Counted from the first letter of the stretch, positions 34,669 to 43,455 are shown. The stretch: DNA of 44,431 bases from an uncultured Elusimicrobium sp. (GCA_902783485.1 CACZRG010000056.1:1-44431), one strand, 5' to 3'. The notes: generated from the sequence alone by a model not told the origin. Made by a program: numbers and translations.

Positions 34669-35364
34669 TTATTTTTTAGCGTTTTTTCTGTTAGGGGCAG
34701 CCTTGGCTTTTGGCTGGGGATTCAGAACAGTTTTGGCCTGATTAGCCCATACAGTATCCGGATACAGAACAAGGACTTTCTCGAAAACAGCTTTTGCCTC
34801 TTCGGTTTTGCCACCGCGGAACATACATGCAGCCATATTCATATAAACCTCCGGGGCGCTGTAATGAGAAGGGTACTTTTTGAGGAATGCCTCATAATTC
34901 TTTACCGCCTCGTCCCAGTTACGTCGTGCCTCATAGGTTTTACATATATTAAAGTACAGAACAGGCATAAGTCCGCTTTCAGCTTTCTTCATTGCCCTGC
35001 GGTAAGAAGCCTCGGCCTCTTCATATTTTCCTCCGGCGAAATCAAGATCTCCTTCCAGCATTATTGCGAAAGGAACAGCGGAACTTCTGCTGTAATTTTT
35101 TTCAATATCCGTGGATATTTTTTTGGCTTCGTCTATTCTGCCGGCATAGGCATTCTGCTGGGCCATGAAAAGAGCCTGCCAGGCATTCTTCTGAACTTTT
35201 GAGTAGCTTGCGGCAAAGAAAATAATAAAGGCTACAACAGCCACTGCTATACCAACAGCTGCCCAGAATGTTTCCCTGTTCTCCTTTATCCAGTCGATGG
35301 CAGAATTTTTCACCACCTCTGTTTCTTCTTTCTTTTTAGTTTCCACCCATGTATTAGACGGCAT
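34669..35364 (-). CDS. Membrane-anchored TPR protein (YfgM-like architecture)
   Basis: GAGGAG precedes the ATG at 35362-35364 (MPSNTW). There is one TM segment (FWAAVGIAVAVVAFIIFFAA) followed by TPR repeats. The longer ORF-track start would overlap tRNA-Arg. Confidence 0.75.
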   Translation of the reverse strand: MPSNTWVETKKKEETEVVKNSAIDWIKENRETFWAAVGIAVAVVAFIIFFAASYSKVQKNAWQALFMAQQNAYAGRIDEAKKISTDIEKNYSRSSAVPFAIMLEGDLDFAGGKYEEAEASYRRAMKKAESGLMPVLYFNICKTYEARRNWDEAVKNYEAFLKKYPSHYSAPEVYMNMAACMFRGGKTEEAKAVFEKVLVLYPDTVWANQAKTVLNPQPKAKAAPNRKNAKK

Positions 35365-35388
35365 ATTTCTCCTCGGAATGAACAAATC

Positions 35389-35465
35389 TGGCACCCCCGG
35401 ACGGACTTGAACCATCAACCTTCTCCTTAGGACGGAGCAGCTCTATCCAGTTGAGCTACGGGGGC
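35389..35465 (-). tRNA. tRNA-Arg (anticodon CCU), CCA encoded
   Basis: The minus-strand sequence is GCCCCCGTAGCTCAACTGGATAGAGCTGCTCCGTCCTAAGGAGAAGGTTGATGGTTCAAGTCCGTCCGGGGGTGCCA. The acceptor, D and T stems pair. The anticodon loop is GTCCTAA, and there is one G-A mismatch at the top of the anticodon stem. Confidence 0.85.
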
Positions 35466-35470
35466 GTATA

Positions 35471-36001
35471 TTAATATTTTAGCAAAGAAAACAGCCTGGA
35501 GTCACCTAATTTTTCTTTTCCATTCAGTACAGGCAGTTCTATCAGCATTGAAACCCCGACGGCAGAACCGCCAAGTTTCTCCACCAGTTCCTTCATTGCA
35601 GCTGCTGTTCCTCCGGTAGCAAGAACATCATCAACTATAAGAACTTTTTCACCAGGCTTTATTGCATCCTCATGTATTTCAAGAGTATCCGTACCATATT
35701 CAAGTGCATAACTGGCCGAGACTGTTTTATATGGCAGTTTGCCTTTCTTCCGCACAGGAACGAGACCTGCCTTAAGTTCCATGGCAATGGGAGCTGCGAG
35801 AAGAAAGCCTCTTGATTCAGAACCCAGAACCTTTGTTATCCCGGCATTACGGAAAGGGGCCGCCATAGCCTTTATAACCTCTGGAAACAGTTCCGCGTCA
35901 CCAAGAAGAGGCATTATGTCCTTAAAGAGTATGCCTTTTTTAGGGAAATCAGGGATATCCCTTACCGCAGCGCTTATTTTTTTCAAAATCTCATCTTTCA
36001 T
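35471..36001 (-). CDS. apt: Adenine phosphoribosyltransferase
   Basis: IPDFPKKGILFKDI is present. The PRPP-binding motif is VLIVDDVLATGGTA. Confidence 0.94.
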   Translation of the reverse strand: MKDEILKKISAAVRDIPDFPKKGILFKDIMPLLGDAELFPEVIKAMAAPFRNAGITKVLGSESRGFLLAAPIAMELKAGLVPVRKKGKLPYKTVSASYALEYGTDTLEIHEDAIKPGEKVLIVDDVLATGGTAAAMKELVEKLGGSAVGVSMLIELPVLNGKEKLGDSRLFSLLKY

Positions 36002-37151
36002 TGTTTTTCCTCGGTATTTTCAGAATATTAAATCCCATCGTCTTTTTATTTTTTTTGCCGGCAATAGCGAGAGAGAGAATCTCAAGGCGGCTCTGGCCGG
36101 TATTATTCTTTTTCACACCTGCCCTTGATTTTCTGCTGTTTTCATCTGTCAGGCCTTTTGATATTACTGCCCGTCTAAGAGTCTGAAGCGCACGCGCCTC
36201 AAGCTGGCGTACCCTTTCACGGGAAAGATTCAGCTCACGGCCTATCTGATTCAATGTTTTCTTGTCATCGCCTAACAGGCCGTACCTTGCCTCAAGTATT
36301 TCCCTTTCCCTGGGGTCAAGTTCTCCGAGAGCTTTTTTTAAAACCTCAAGCTGATTTGTTTCAGTCGCAAGATGTTCAGGACTGTCATCATTACCACTGT
36401 GCAGGGTATCCTCAATGGTGCTTGTGCCGTCTTCATGTGTACCGCGTGGTTCTTCTATGGACGAAATACCGGTAACTATATCTGCGGTATGCATGGCCGC
36501 ACGTACTTTTGACTCACTCCAGTCAAGCTGTATCATAACCTCGGATATTTCCGGAGGACGTCCCAGCTTTTCCTGCAGTTTTTTGTATTCTCTCTGCCAT
36601 TTACGCATATCCGTCCATGCATGAGGCGGTATACGTATCGTTTTTGAGCTCTCCTCTATATATCTTCTTATATGCTGCTCTATCCAGTACTTTGCGTATG
36701 TGGAAAAACGATAACCAAGGGCAGGATCATATTTGTCAATGGCATGATAAAGGCCCAGATTTCCTTCTTCTATAAGGTCAAGTTTATCTATGTAACTGTA
36801 TGAGGCATGATTTTTAACAACTACGCTGATGACAAGTTTCATGTTCTGCTCAAAAATCTTGTCCTTGGCGCGCCTGTCCCCACGCTTTACCCTTTCCCAA
36901 AGCCGCCCCATTTCCTCGCGGTCTATCTCTTTTATTTTACTGATATAGACCTCATACTGCTTCATGGAATCCGTGCCTGATCCGGATGATTTTATGCCGG
37001 TTATGGAATCAGACTGCTGGTCAGCCGGGATATCATGTTCTTCATTTTCAGGCAGTACGTCTGTTTTCCCTGGTAAACAGGGAAACATTTCCTGTCCGTC
37101 ATTAACAGGATATTCTGCCGCCTCATCCTTTTTGTTTCTTTCTGAAGACAT
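35991..37151 (-). CDS. Sigma-70 family RNA polymerase sigma factor (group 1/2-like regions 1.2-4.2, short N-terminus, basic C-terminal tail)
   Basis: Region 2 reads DLIEEGNLGLYHAIDKYDPALGYRFSTYAKYWIEQHIRRYI. Region 4.2 reads TLNQIGRELNLSRERVRQLEARAL. About 55 further residues follow region 4.2. The CDS overlaps the apt start by 11 nt. Confidence 0.88.
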   Translation of the reverse strand: MSSERNKKDEAAEYPVNDGQEMFPCLPGKTDVLPENEEHDIPADQQSDSITGIKSSGSGTDSMKQYEVYISKIKEIDREEMGRLWERVKRGDRRAKDKIFEQNMKLVISVVVKNHASYSYIDKLDLIEEGNLGLYHAIDKYDPALGYRFSTYAKYWIEQHIRRYIEESSKTIRIPPHAWTDMRKWQREYKKLQEKLGRPPEISEVMIQLDWSESKVRAAMHTADIVTGISSIEEPRGTHEDGTSTIEDTLHSGNDDSPEHLATETNQLEVLKKALGELDPREREILEARYGLLGDDKKTLNQIGRELNLSRERVRQLEARALQTLRRAVISKGLTDENSRKSRAGVKKNNTGQSRLEILSLAIAGKKNKKTMGFNILKIPRKNNER

Positions 37152-37230
37152 CTTTCCTCTTGACAGCCGGATTCCGGCAATCAGAAAACTGCCAGCTGTT
37201 TATATTTATATTAGCAAAAAATATTTATTT

Positions 37231-37267
37231 ATAAAAGAGAAAGGAGGCAGATTTTTTCCACCTCCTT
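37231..37267 (-). terminator. Terminator after the OmpA-family lipoprotein gene
   Basis: On the minus strand the stem AAGGAGG/CCTCCTT has a 13-nt loop and is followed by TCTCTTTTAT. Confidence 0.55.
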
Positions 37268-37293
37268 TTCTTAACTTAGTCAGGCAGGCCTTA

Positions 37294-37884
37294 TTATTTC
37301 TTTGCCTTGTTCGCAGCCTTGTTGAAACGTATTTCAATACGGCGGTTCTTAGCGCGGCCTTCTCTTGTCTTGTTGGTAGCTATCGGTTTTGTCTTTCCAT
37401 AACCTTTTGTCTGTATACGGCTTCCATCAATACCTTTCGAGACAAGATATTCTTTCACGGCATTGGCACGCTTTTCAGAAATATCCTGATTCGCTTCCGC
37501 AGAACCTATGCTGTCGGTATGTCCTTCAACAGTGATTGACGATTTTCTGTGAGACTTCATGAAGTCCGCAAGGACATCGAGATTAGCCTGTGATTCAGGT
37601 GTGAAGTCATAGGCATTGTATTTGAATGTTGTTGCACCCAGCGTTATTTCATCATCTTCGCTGTCGATTACAATGGTCGGAGTGGCAACTGGTTTTTCAA
37701 CCGGCTTTGGAGCCTGCTGTTTAACAGGTTCCGGTTTCTTCACGGGTTCAGGTTTCTTCTCCTCAACTGGCGGAGTAGTCTCTTTTTCAGCAGAACAGCT
37801 GCCGCACATATTCTCGCGGCAGAATGACATTCCGCAGCCTGTAAGAAAAGCTGAAGCTAAAACTAAAAGCATTAAATTTTTCAT
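37294..37884 (-). CDS. OmpA-family peptidoglycan-binding lipoprotein
   Basis: AAGGAG RBS. The lipobox is FLTGC. A Pro/Lys-rich spacer is present. The OmpA-like domain reads VEGHTDSIGSAEANQDISEKRANAVKEYL...NRRIEI. Confidence 0.9.
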   Translation of the reverse strand: MKNLMLLVLASAFLTGCGMSFCRENMCGSCSAEKETTPPVEEKKPEPVKKPEPVKQQAPKPVEKPVATPTIVIDSEDDEITLGATTFKYNAYDFTPESQANLDVLADFMKSHRKSSITVEGHTDSIGSAEANQDISEKRANAVKEYLVSKGIDGSRIQTKGYGKTKPIATNKTREGRAKNRRIEIRFNKAANKAKK

Positions 37885-37910
37885 TTCTTTCTCCTTGCGC
37901 TATGGGATTA

Positions 37911-38942
37911 TCAGAATCTGACCTCAAGGTTCAGATCCGCATACCAGCCGTTACGTTTGCCGTCACGGTGCTTTCCGTTTGCGGAAAGAATAACTGATGA
38001 CCATTTCTTTTCAAGGCCGGCGCCATACTCGACGTAATTAAGTTCCCCGTCTGCAGTAGAGTCAGCCTTGACATGACTTTCAGTCTCATATGCCCAGACA
38101 TAATTTCCCATACCTGAGAATGTCCAGCATTTTCCCAGATTCAGGGAAGCCTTAAGTCCCGGTATAAGTTCCACATCATTGTCAGAGTGGAACCTTAATT
38201 TCTCACCATTTGAAAGTTTCTGTGTTTCGCCTTTAAAATACCTGTATGAGGCTTTAGCATTTGGCTGAATTGTGAGAACATCAAGAATATTGAGATTGTA
38301 GCCAGCCTTAACTCCGGCACCGCCCATCCAGGAATCGCTTGACATATCTTCTCCGCCATCCACAAGGGTCTTGCTGTGTACATATGCGCCGTTCAGCACA
38401 AAACCACCAAAGAAACGGCCTTTGTAAAACTCTGCGGCGAAACCTGCGACAGGTGTATTATTCTCCTGGTGAAGGCCCACACCATTAAATTTGGTTCTTG
38501 AGAGAATATATCCACCAAATAATGTGTAACGGGCATCAAAGGAATCATAAATGCGGTCATTGCTGAAAGCTGCAATCGCACCGGCATTATCTGCCTTGAA
38601 CCTGAAATCATCATCAGACCGGTACTTGTCGCTGTTGGCAAAAGCACGTACATGCAGATTATTGCCAAGGCAGTCTGCGCTGTCACAGGTATCACCGGCA
38701 TTCAGTCCCTGGGCAGCAGGACCTGAAACGGTCTGCTCTCCTATCTGCTCAAGCGCAAAAGACATGAAAGAACTCTGATCCATAGCAGAACTTAAAGATG
38801 CGATGGCCTCATGAGAATCAAATGCTTCTATCTCATCATCAATATCAGCGAATGCTGTTCCGCTCATACTGGCAATAAACAGTCCCGAAAGAAAGCCGAG
38901 TACCGCCTTTTTCATAAATTTTTCTGACCTTTTTTTGTTCAT
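37911..38942 (-). CDS. Autotransporter-type outer-membrane beta-barrel protein with minimal passenger
   Basis: The signal peptide is MKKAVLGFLSGLFIASMSGTAFA, preceded by a possible MNKKRSEKF extension. The barrel is Gly/aromatic-rich and ends LNLEVRF. The start is uncertain among 38915, 38942 and 38996. Confidence 0.7.
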   Translation of the reverse strand: MNKKRSEKFMKKAVLGFLSGLFIASMSGTAFADIDDEIEAFDSHEAIASLSSAMDQSSFMSFALEQIGEQTVSGPAAQGLNAGDTCDSADCLGNNLHVRAFANSDKYRSDDDFRFKADNAGAIAAFSNDRIYDSFDARYTLFGGYILSRTKFNGVGLHQENNTPVAGFAAEFYKGRFFGGFVLNGAYVHSKTLVDGGEDMSSDSWMGGAGVKAGYNLNILDVLTIQPNAKASYRYFKGETQKLSNGEKLRFHSDNDVELIPGLKASLNLGKCWTFSGMGNYVWAYETESHVKADSTADGELNYVEYGAGLEKKWSSVILSANGKHRDGKRNGWYADLNLEVRF

Positions 38943-39017
38943 CACAATCACCATTTCAGTTCCTTTTTTATAAAAAAAGCGGAAAGTCATTCTCAACTAT
39001 TCCGCCTTTTCACTTTA

Positions 39018-39091
39018 TCGGGGTGGTGAGATTTGAACTCACGACCTCTCGCACCCGAAGCGAGCGCTCTAGCCAGCTGAGCCACACCCCG
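39018..39091 (-). tRNA. tRNA-Pro (anticodon CGG), CCA not encoded
   Basis: The minus-strand sequence is CGGGGTGTGGCTCAGCTGGCTAGAGCGCTCGCTTCGGGTGCGAGAGGTCGTGAGTTCAAATCTCACCACCCCGA. All four stems are perfect and the anticodon loop is TTCGGGT. Confidence 0.92.
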
Positions 39092-39124
39092 TTTAAGTGT
39101 GTACAGATATTATAGCATAAAATA

Positions 39125-40390
39125 TTATGCTTTTGGAGATTCCACCTTTCCCATGAAAAGGACAAGCCCTGACTCTGCATCCCTTATCAGGAAGATAAAC
39201 GGTCTGTCTGCGCGGAAAATGACAGATGGACGCGGTCTGATTGATTTAAGCCCCATGCTTATTCCTGTAGCGGCGGCAGCCTCAGTACCCTCTTCCGAAA
39301 CATCTATAAAAGCTTTCTGAACAGCAGTCTGGATAAACAGTGATTTATCCCCTGTCATGCCCGAAAAATCAGCTTTATCAGTAAATGACAGAGACATTCC
39401 CATTTCCATAAGCAGATTCTTAAGTTCATGCGAGGCCTCAAAAGAGAATTTCGGCAGGAACACACGGACTTTTTCACTGTGCATTGACTCCCTTATACTG
39501 CGTATTTTTTCTGCGGAAAGATTTTTTTCTGCCTTAGTAAATAAATTTCTGTCAGACGGCAGTATTATCATCATCTCCAGTCCCTTCTGCTCTCCAGCAC
39601 CTCCATTTCTGTAAGGCATTGCCAGATACTGAACCCCGCTGTCTGAAGCATACGGAAAGTCAGTTTCATCTTCATGCCGCATAAGTCTTGCTTTTGTCGT
39701 TCCTCCTGCGCTTAGATGAAAATCAGCTTCGAATGTTGCTGTTTTTGCAAAAGCCTTCTCCCACGAACCCTTGAAATATACTGCGTTTACAAGAACCATA
39801 CGCGTAAGGCTGTTAACCGCACCTTCAGAAAAAAGATTTTTTATAATGCCGTTCGTATTTTTGGCAGTCCAGTCATTTATTTTTTTTACTGCAGATGCTG
39901 AATCCTTTGCAAAATCGGCTGTTCCAGCCCAGGCTGAATAATATTTCTTCAGACCGGAAATATATTCAGGAAGGAATGAAAAATCTTTCTGTGTCCACAG
40001 TGAGTTTGCATCCCTGAACACTGTTCCGTGCGCTGCGCTTTCTGCTGCCATAGCAAGTGCAGCAGCCTCTTTTTTTACAGCATCCGTTTCTTCGGAAAAC
40101 ATAAAGACCTTGTTTAATTCCTCAGCAGTACCTCCGGCGGCCCCTGTTCTTACCATTGAGAACGCACGTCGCATACTATACGGAGAGAAAAAGAAGTTTT
40201 CATTTTTTCCAGCCGAATTCCGCTTATAGAAAGAAAACGCAAAATCATTCGCCCTGTCGGTCATGTTCTGAAATTCCTCCTGTGAAGGCATTGGCACATC
40301 CGTCTTTGTTTTACAGCCACAGCTGCAGGCTGAAACCGCAAGCGAGGCTGCCGCGCAGACAACCATCAGAATACCTTTTCTGTTTTTCAT
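39125..40390 (-). CDS. Serpin-family protease inhibitor, lipoprotein
   Basis: The lipobox is LAVSAC. Serpin core motifs are FFSPYS, NAVYFKGSW and LPKFS. The hinge and reactive-centre loop read EEGTEAAAATGISMGLKSIRP, followed by FRADRPFIFLIRD. Confidence 0.9.
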   Translation of the reverse strand: MKNRKGILMVVCAAASLAVSACSCGCKTKTDVPMPSQEEFQNMTDRANDFAFSFYKRNSAGKNENFFFSPYSMRRAFSMVRTGAAGGTAEELNKVFMFSEETDAVKKEAAALAMAAESAAHGTVFRDANSLWTQKDFSFLPEYISGLKKYYSAWAGTADFAKDSASAVKKINDWTAKNTNGIIKNLFSEGAVNSLTRMVLVNAVYFKGSWEKAFAKTATFEADFHLSAGGTTKARLMRHEDETDFPYASDSGVQYLAMPYRNGGAGEQKGLEMMIILPSDRNLFTKAEKNLSAEKIRSIRESMHSEKVRVFLPKFSFEASHELKNLLMEMGMSLSFTDKADFSGMTGDKSLFIQTAVQKAFIDVSEEGTEAAAATGISMGLKSIRPRPSVIFRADRPFIFLIRDAESGLVLFMGKVESPKA

Positions 40391-40436
40391 AATATCTCCC
40401 TGATATCATTAATTTTTTTATGCCGTAGTCCCGGCA

Positions 40437-42053
40437 TTATCTTGTTTCAAGTACCTTAGCTGCTTTTTTTGCCTGCGGTGAAACCGGCCATGAATCCATA
40501 ATCTGCTGATAGTATTTTTTTGCCATATCCTGTTTCCTGGCTTTTTCGCAGGCCTGTGCGGCGGCAAGCAGTGCCGCCGGAGCGTTTTTCGGATCCGGAT
40601 AATCCGATGCTATGCGCTCGTATATTTTTACTTCCTCGTCAAGGTCCTTCAGATTGTTTTTCGCTATATCCGCCGCGGAATAAAGATCGTTTCTTGCCCG
40701 GTTGTCCTTATATTTTTCCGCCATGCGCTTTGTAACAAAAATAGCTTCTTTATAATGCCCAAGCTCATAACGCAGAATTGATATTTCTGCACGGAATGCG
40801 TCACGGGCCTCAGGCCTGTCCGGGTAAAGTTCAATTATCTTCTCATATATATTTACAGCTTCCTCGTACTGTTTCTGTCTTTCCAGAAGACGTGGAAGTT
40901 CCCTGTATGCCGTAAAAGCCTCATCACGCCCTTCATATTTCTCGGCTATTTCCTGATAAATGGCTATAGCCTCATCGTAATTGCGTTTTTCCCTGGCGTT
41001 TATTTCGGCAAGGGCAAGTTTTGCCAGCGGGATTATAGAACCTTCCGGATAAACCCTTATTATTTCCGCATATGTTATTGCAGCCTCGTCATAATGTCCA
41101 CGTGAATGATAAAGCTGCGCAAGCGAAAAAAGAACTCTGTCCCTGTAGGCATAAACAGGCACCGCTGCAAGCAGCTCACGGAACCCGGTTATAAGCGGTT
41201 CGTAAAATTCATCTCCAAACTGCTCGGCAAGCCCTGAATACAGACGTGCAAGCCTTGAAGTTCTGCCATTTCCCTCTGCTTCTGCGAGAGCAAGAAGTTC
41301 TTTTTTATGTTTTCTGTATTTTTTATCAATCAGTGCTGAAAGCTTTTCCTTTACAACTTCCTTAAGCAGTGAATCCGGATATGCCTGCCGGTGCTTCATA
41401 AGTGTTATAACAGCATTTTTATTATCACCGAGACCAGAATAAAGTTCTGCCCTGGCAAGCAGCACATCGTCCGCATGAGCGGAATCCTTGAAAGCAGTTA
41501 TCCATTCTTCAACAGCAAGCAGAAGGGATTTGCGTGTATCATCATCTTTTGCAGCCGCAAGATTTTCTTTTATGAACCAGTATTCCGCCTGTGATATTTC
41601 ACTGAATGAACGTGTATCCTGCGGAGAAGGATCCTTCATAGCAGCCGGGCTGAAAGGAAAAAGTGTCATCCATGCCTCTTCTTCCGACGCTACACTGTTC
41701 TGAGCAGACTTGTCCTGCGTGGCGGAGGCAGATATTTCAGCAGCAGACGCTGAATCCGGCATTTCCGCTATGCCCTCATGAACTTCCTCAGCGTCTGTTT
41801 CTTCATGATCTGTGGTACCGGAGTCATTCTTATCTCCCGCAGTGTTATTTTCGGATAAACTTTCATTCTGCGCCGTATCGCGCTTATCTGGTTCAGCAGT
41901 TCCTTTCTGTTTTTTATCAGCAGCTGTTTCCTGTGAACTTTCTGCAGATGACACAGTGCCATCACTGGCGGAAACTGCCATGGAATAACCTGGAAATACT
42001 GCCGTGCAGATAAGCAGAAACGGCAGAAAAATATATAAAAATCGTAGCATCAT
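40437..42053 (-). CDS. Secreted TPR-repeat protein with acidic Ser/Asp/Glu-rich N-terminal region
   Basis: A signal peptide is present. A low-complexity region of about 110 aa follows. There are then multiple YbgF/BamD-like TPR units, each ending YPDS, YPEG, YPDRPEA, YPDPKNAP or WPVSPQA. Confidence 0.8.
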   Translation of the reverse strand: MMLRFLYIFLPFLLICTAVFPGYSMAVSASDGTVSSAESSQETAADKKQKGTAEPDKRDTAQNESLSENNTAGDKNDSGTTDHEETDAEEVHEGIAEMPDSASAAEISASATQDKSAQNSVASEEEAWMTLFPFSPAAMKDPSPQDTRSFSEISQAEYWFIKENLAAAKDDDTRKSLLLAVEEWITAFKDSAHADDVLLARAELYSGLGDNKNAVITLMKHRQAYPDSLLKEVVKEKLSALIDKKYRKHKKELLALAEAEGNGRTSRLARLYSGLAEQFGDEFYEPLITGFRELLAAVPVYAYRDRVLFSLAQLYHSRGHYDEAAITYAEIIRVYPEGSIIPLAKLALAEINAREKRNYDEAIAIYQEIAEKYEGRDEAFTAYRELPRLLERQKQYEEAVNIYEKIIELYPDRPEARDAFRAEISILRYELGHYKEAIFVTKRMAEKYKDNRARNDLYSAADIAKNNLKDLDEEVKIYERIASDYPDPKNAPAALLAAAQACEKARKQDMAKKYYQQIMDSWPVSPQAKKAAKVLETR

Positions 42054-42070
42054 TCAAAATCCTGAAAAGA

Positions 42071-42121
42071 TGAAAGAAAAGGAAGCCGCGGGGCCTGGGA
42101 AAACCGGCCTTCCGCGGCTTC
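42071..42121 (-). terminator. Rho-independent terminator after deoC
   Basis: On the minus strand the 10-bp stem GAAGCCGCGG...CCGCGGCTTC is followed by CTTTTCTTTCATCTTTTC. Confidence 0.75.
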
Positions 42122-42163
42122 ATGATGATTCATTCCCGCGGATTATGGCGGGACCTGAAGCAG

Positions 42164-42823
42164 TTATTTTTCAGTCTGGGCTATGGCAACCCCGGCGCTG
42201 CATCCGAGACGGTTTGCACCGGCTTTTACCATTTCCGCAGCAGTGACCGCATCACGTATTCCGCCGGAAGCCTTTACACCGGTTTCTGCACCTACGGTTT
42301 TACGCATGAGAGCGACATCCGCCGCAGTTGCACCGCCAGTTCCAAAGCCTGTTGAGGTTTTTACGAAATCAGCCCCTGCTTTCTTTGAAAGTTCACATGC
42401 CTTAACTTTCTCCTCATCTGTGAGATAGCATGTCTCTATAATCACTTTAAGCAGTTTACCATTGGAAGCTTCGCGTACGGCTTTTATATCATTGAACACA
42501 GTATCAGTGTCACCGGCCTTCATCGCACCGATGTTGATAACCATGTCCACTTCATCTGCTCCGTTCGCTATGGCATCTGTTGCCTCAAATGCCTTTACCA
42601 GAGGGGTGTTAGCACCCAGTGGAAAACCGATAACTGTGCACACTTTGACACCGGAACCTTTAAGTTCCTTTGCTGCAAGAGCGACATTAACCGGATTCAC
42701 ACACACAGAGGCAAAATGATATTCGCGGGCCTCGGCACAGAGTTTGACAATCTGTTCCGGGGTAGCTGCTGCTTTCAGTAATGTATGATCAATGAGAGAG
42801 GTAAGTTTTACTTTGTTTTCCAT
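42164..42823 (-). CDS. deoC: Deoxyribose-phosphate aldolase
   Basis: IDHTLLK and SVCVNP are present. The catalytic Lys context is FVKTSTGF. The length of 219 aa is typical. Confidence 0.93.
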   Translation of the reverse strand: MENKVKLTSLIDHTLLKAAATPEQIVKLCAEAREYHFASVCVNPVNVALAAKELKGSGVKVCTVIGFPLGANTPLVKAFEATDAIANGADEVDMVINIGAMKAGDTDTVFNDIKAVREASNGKLLKVIIETCYLTDEEKVKACELSKKAGADFVKTSTGFGTGGATAADVALMRKTVGAETGVKASGGIRDAVTAAEMVKAGANRLGCSAGVAIAQTEK

Positions 42824-42844
42824 TTTTATGGTCTCCTGGACAGA

Positions 42845-43441
42845 TTAAAGGACAAATACCTTGTCGCCGTTCTTGAGACAGGCCGCATTGGCCTCCTCAA
42901 CGTCAACATGCATTTCAAGAACGAATTTATCGGAAACACGAACCAGAACCTTGTTGAAAACAAGTTCGCGGTCTCCGCCTTTTCCACAGATGACACTTAC
43001 ATCTTCTCCGTCCTTAACTCCGAATTTTTCGGCATCTGCCGGTGAAAAATGTATATGACGCTTGGCAATTATGGCGCCGTCCTTCACTTCAACAGTACCT
43101 TTGGGACCTATGATTTTGAAACCGGGCGTGCCTTCAAGTTTACCGGAATCGCGTATGGGACATTCCAGTCCAAGTTTGCGGGCATCGGCTTTTGAGAGTT
43201 CAAGCTGTGTATGTTTTCTGTAAGGGCCAAGCATACGTATGGATTTCATCTCACTGCGTGGTCCGACTATATCAACAACTTCCTCACATGCGAACTGACC
43301 GGGCTGTGCTACAGCTTTCTTCACTGTAGGTTCCGCTTCTGCTCCGAAAAGTATCTTGAAATGCTCCTCGGTAAGATGAATGTGTTTGTTGGAAACACCT
43401 ATTGTTACAGGCAGTTCCGCTCTTTTACTGTTGTTTTCCAT
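42845..43441 (-). CDS. pduL: Phosphate propanoyltransferase PduL-type phosphotransacylase
   Basis: The duplicated PduL domain signature appears as IGVSNKHIHLTEEHFKILFG and AIIAKRHIHFSPADAEKFGV. The length of about 200 aa fits. Confidence 0.85.
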   Translation of the reverse strand: MENNSKRAELPVTIGVSNKHIHLTEEHFKILFGAEAEPTVKKAVAQPGQFACEEVVDIVGPRSEMKSIRMLGPYRKHTQLELSKADARKLGLECPIRDSGKLEGTPGFKIIGPKGTVEVKDGAIIAKRHIHFSPADAEKFGVKDGEDVSVICGKGGDRELVFNKVLVRVSDKFVLEMHVDVEEANAACLKNGDKVFVL

Positions 43442-43455
43442 GTTCTCTGACCTCT

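Noticed and set aside
35365-35418. The N-terminal extension of the TPR membrane protein ORF (start at 35418)
   Set aside because: It would overlap the 3' half of tRNA-Arg. The internal ATG at 35364 has a GAGGAG RBS.
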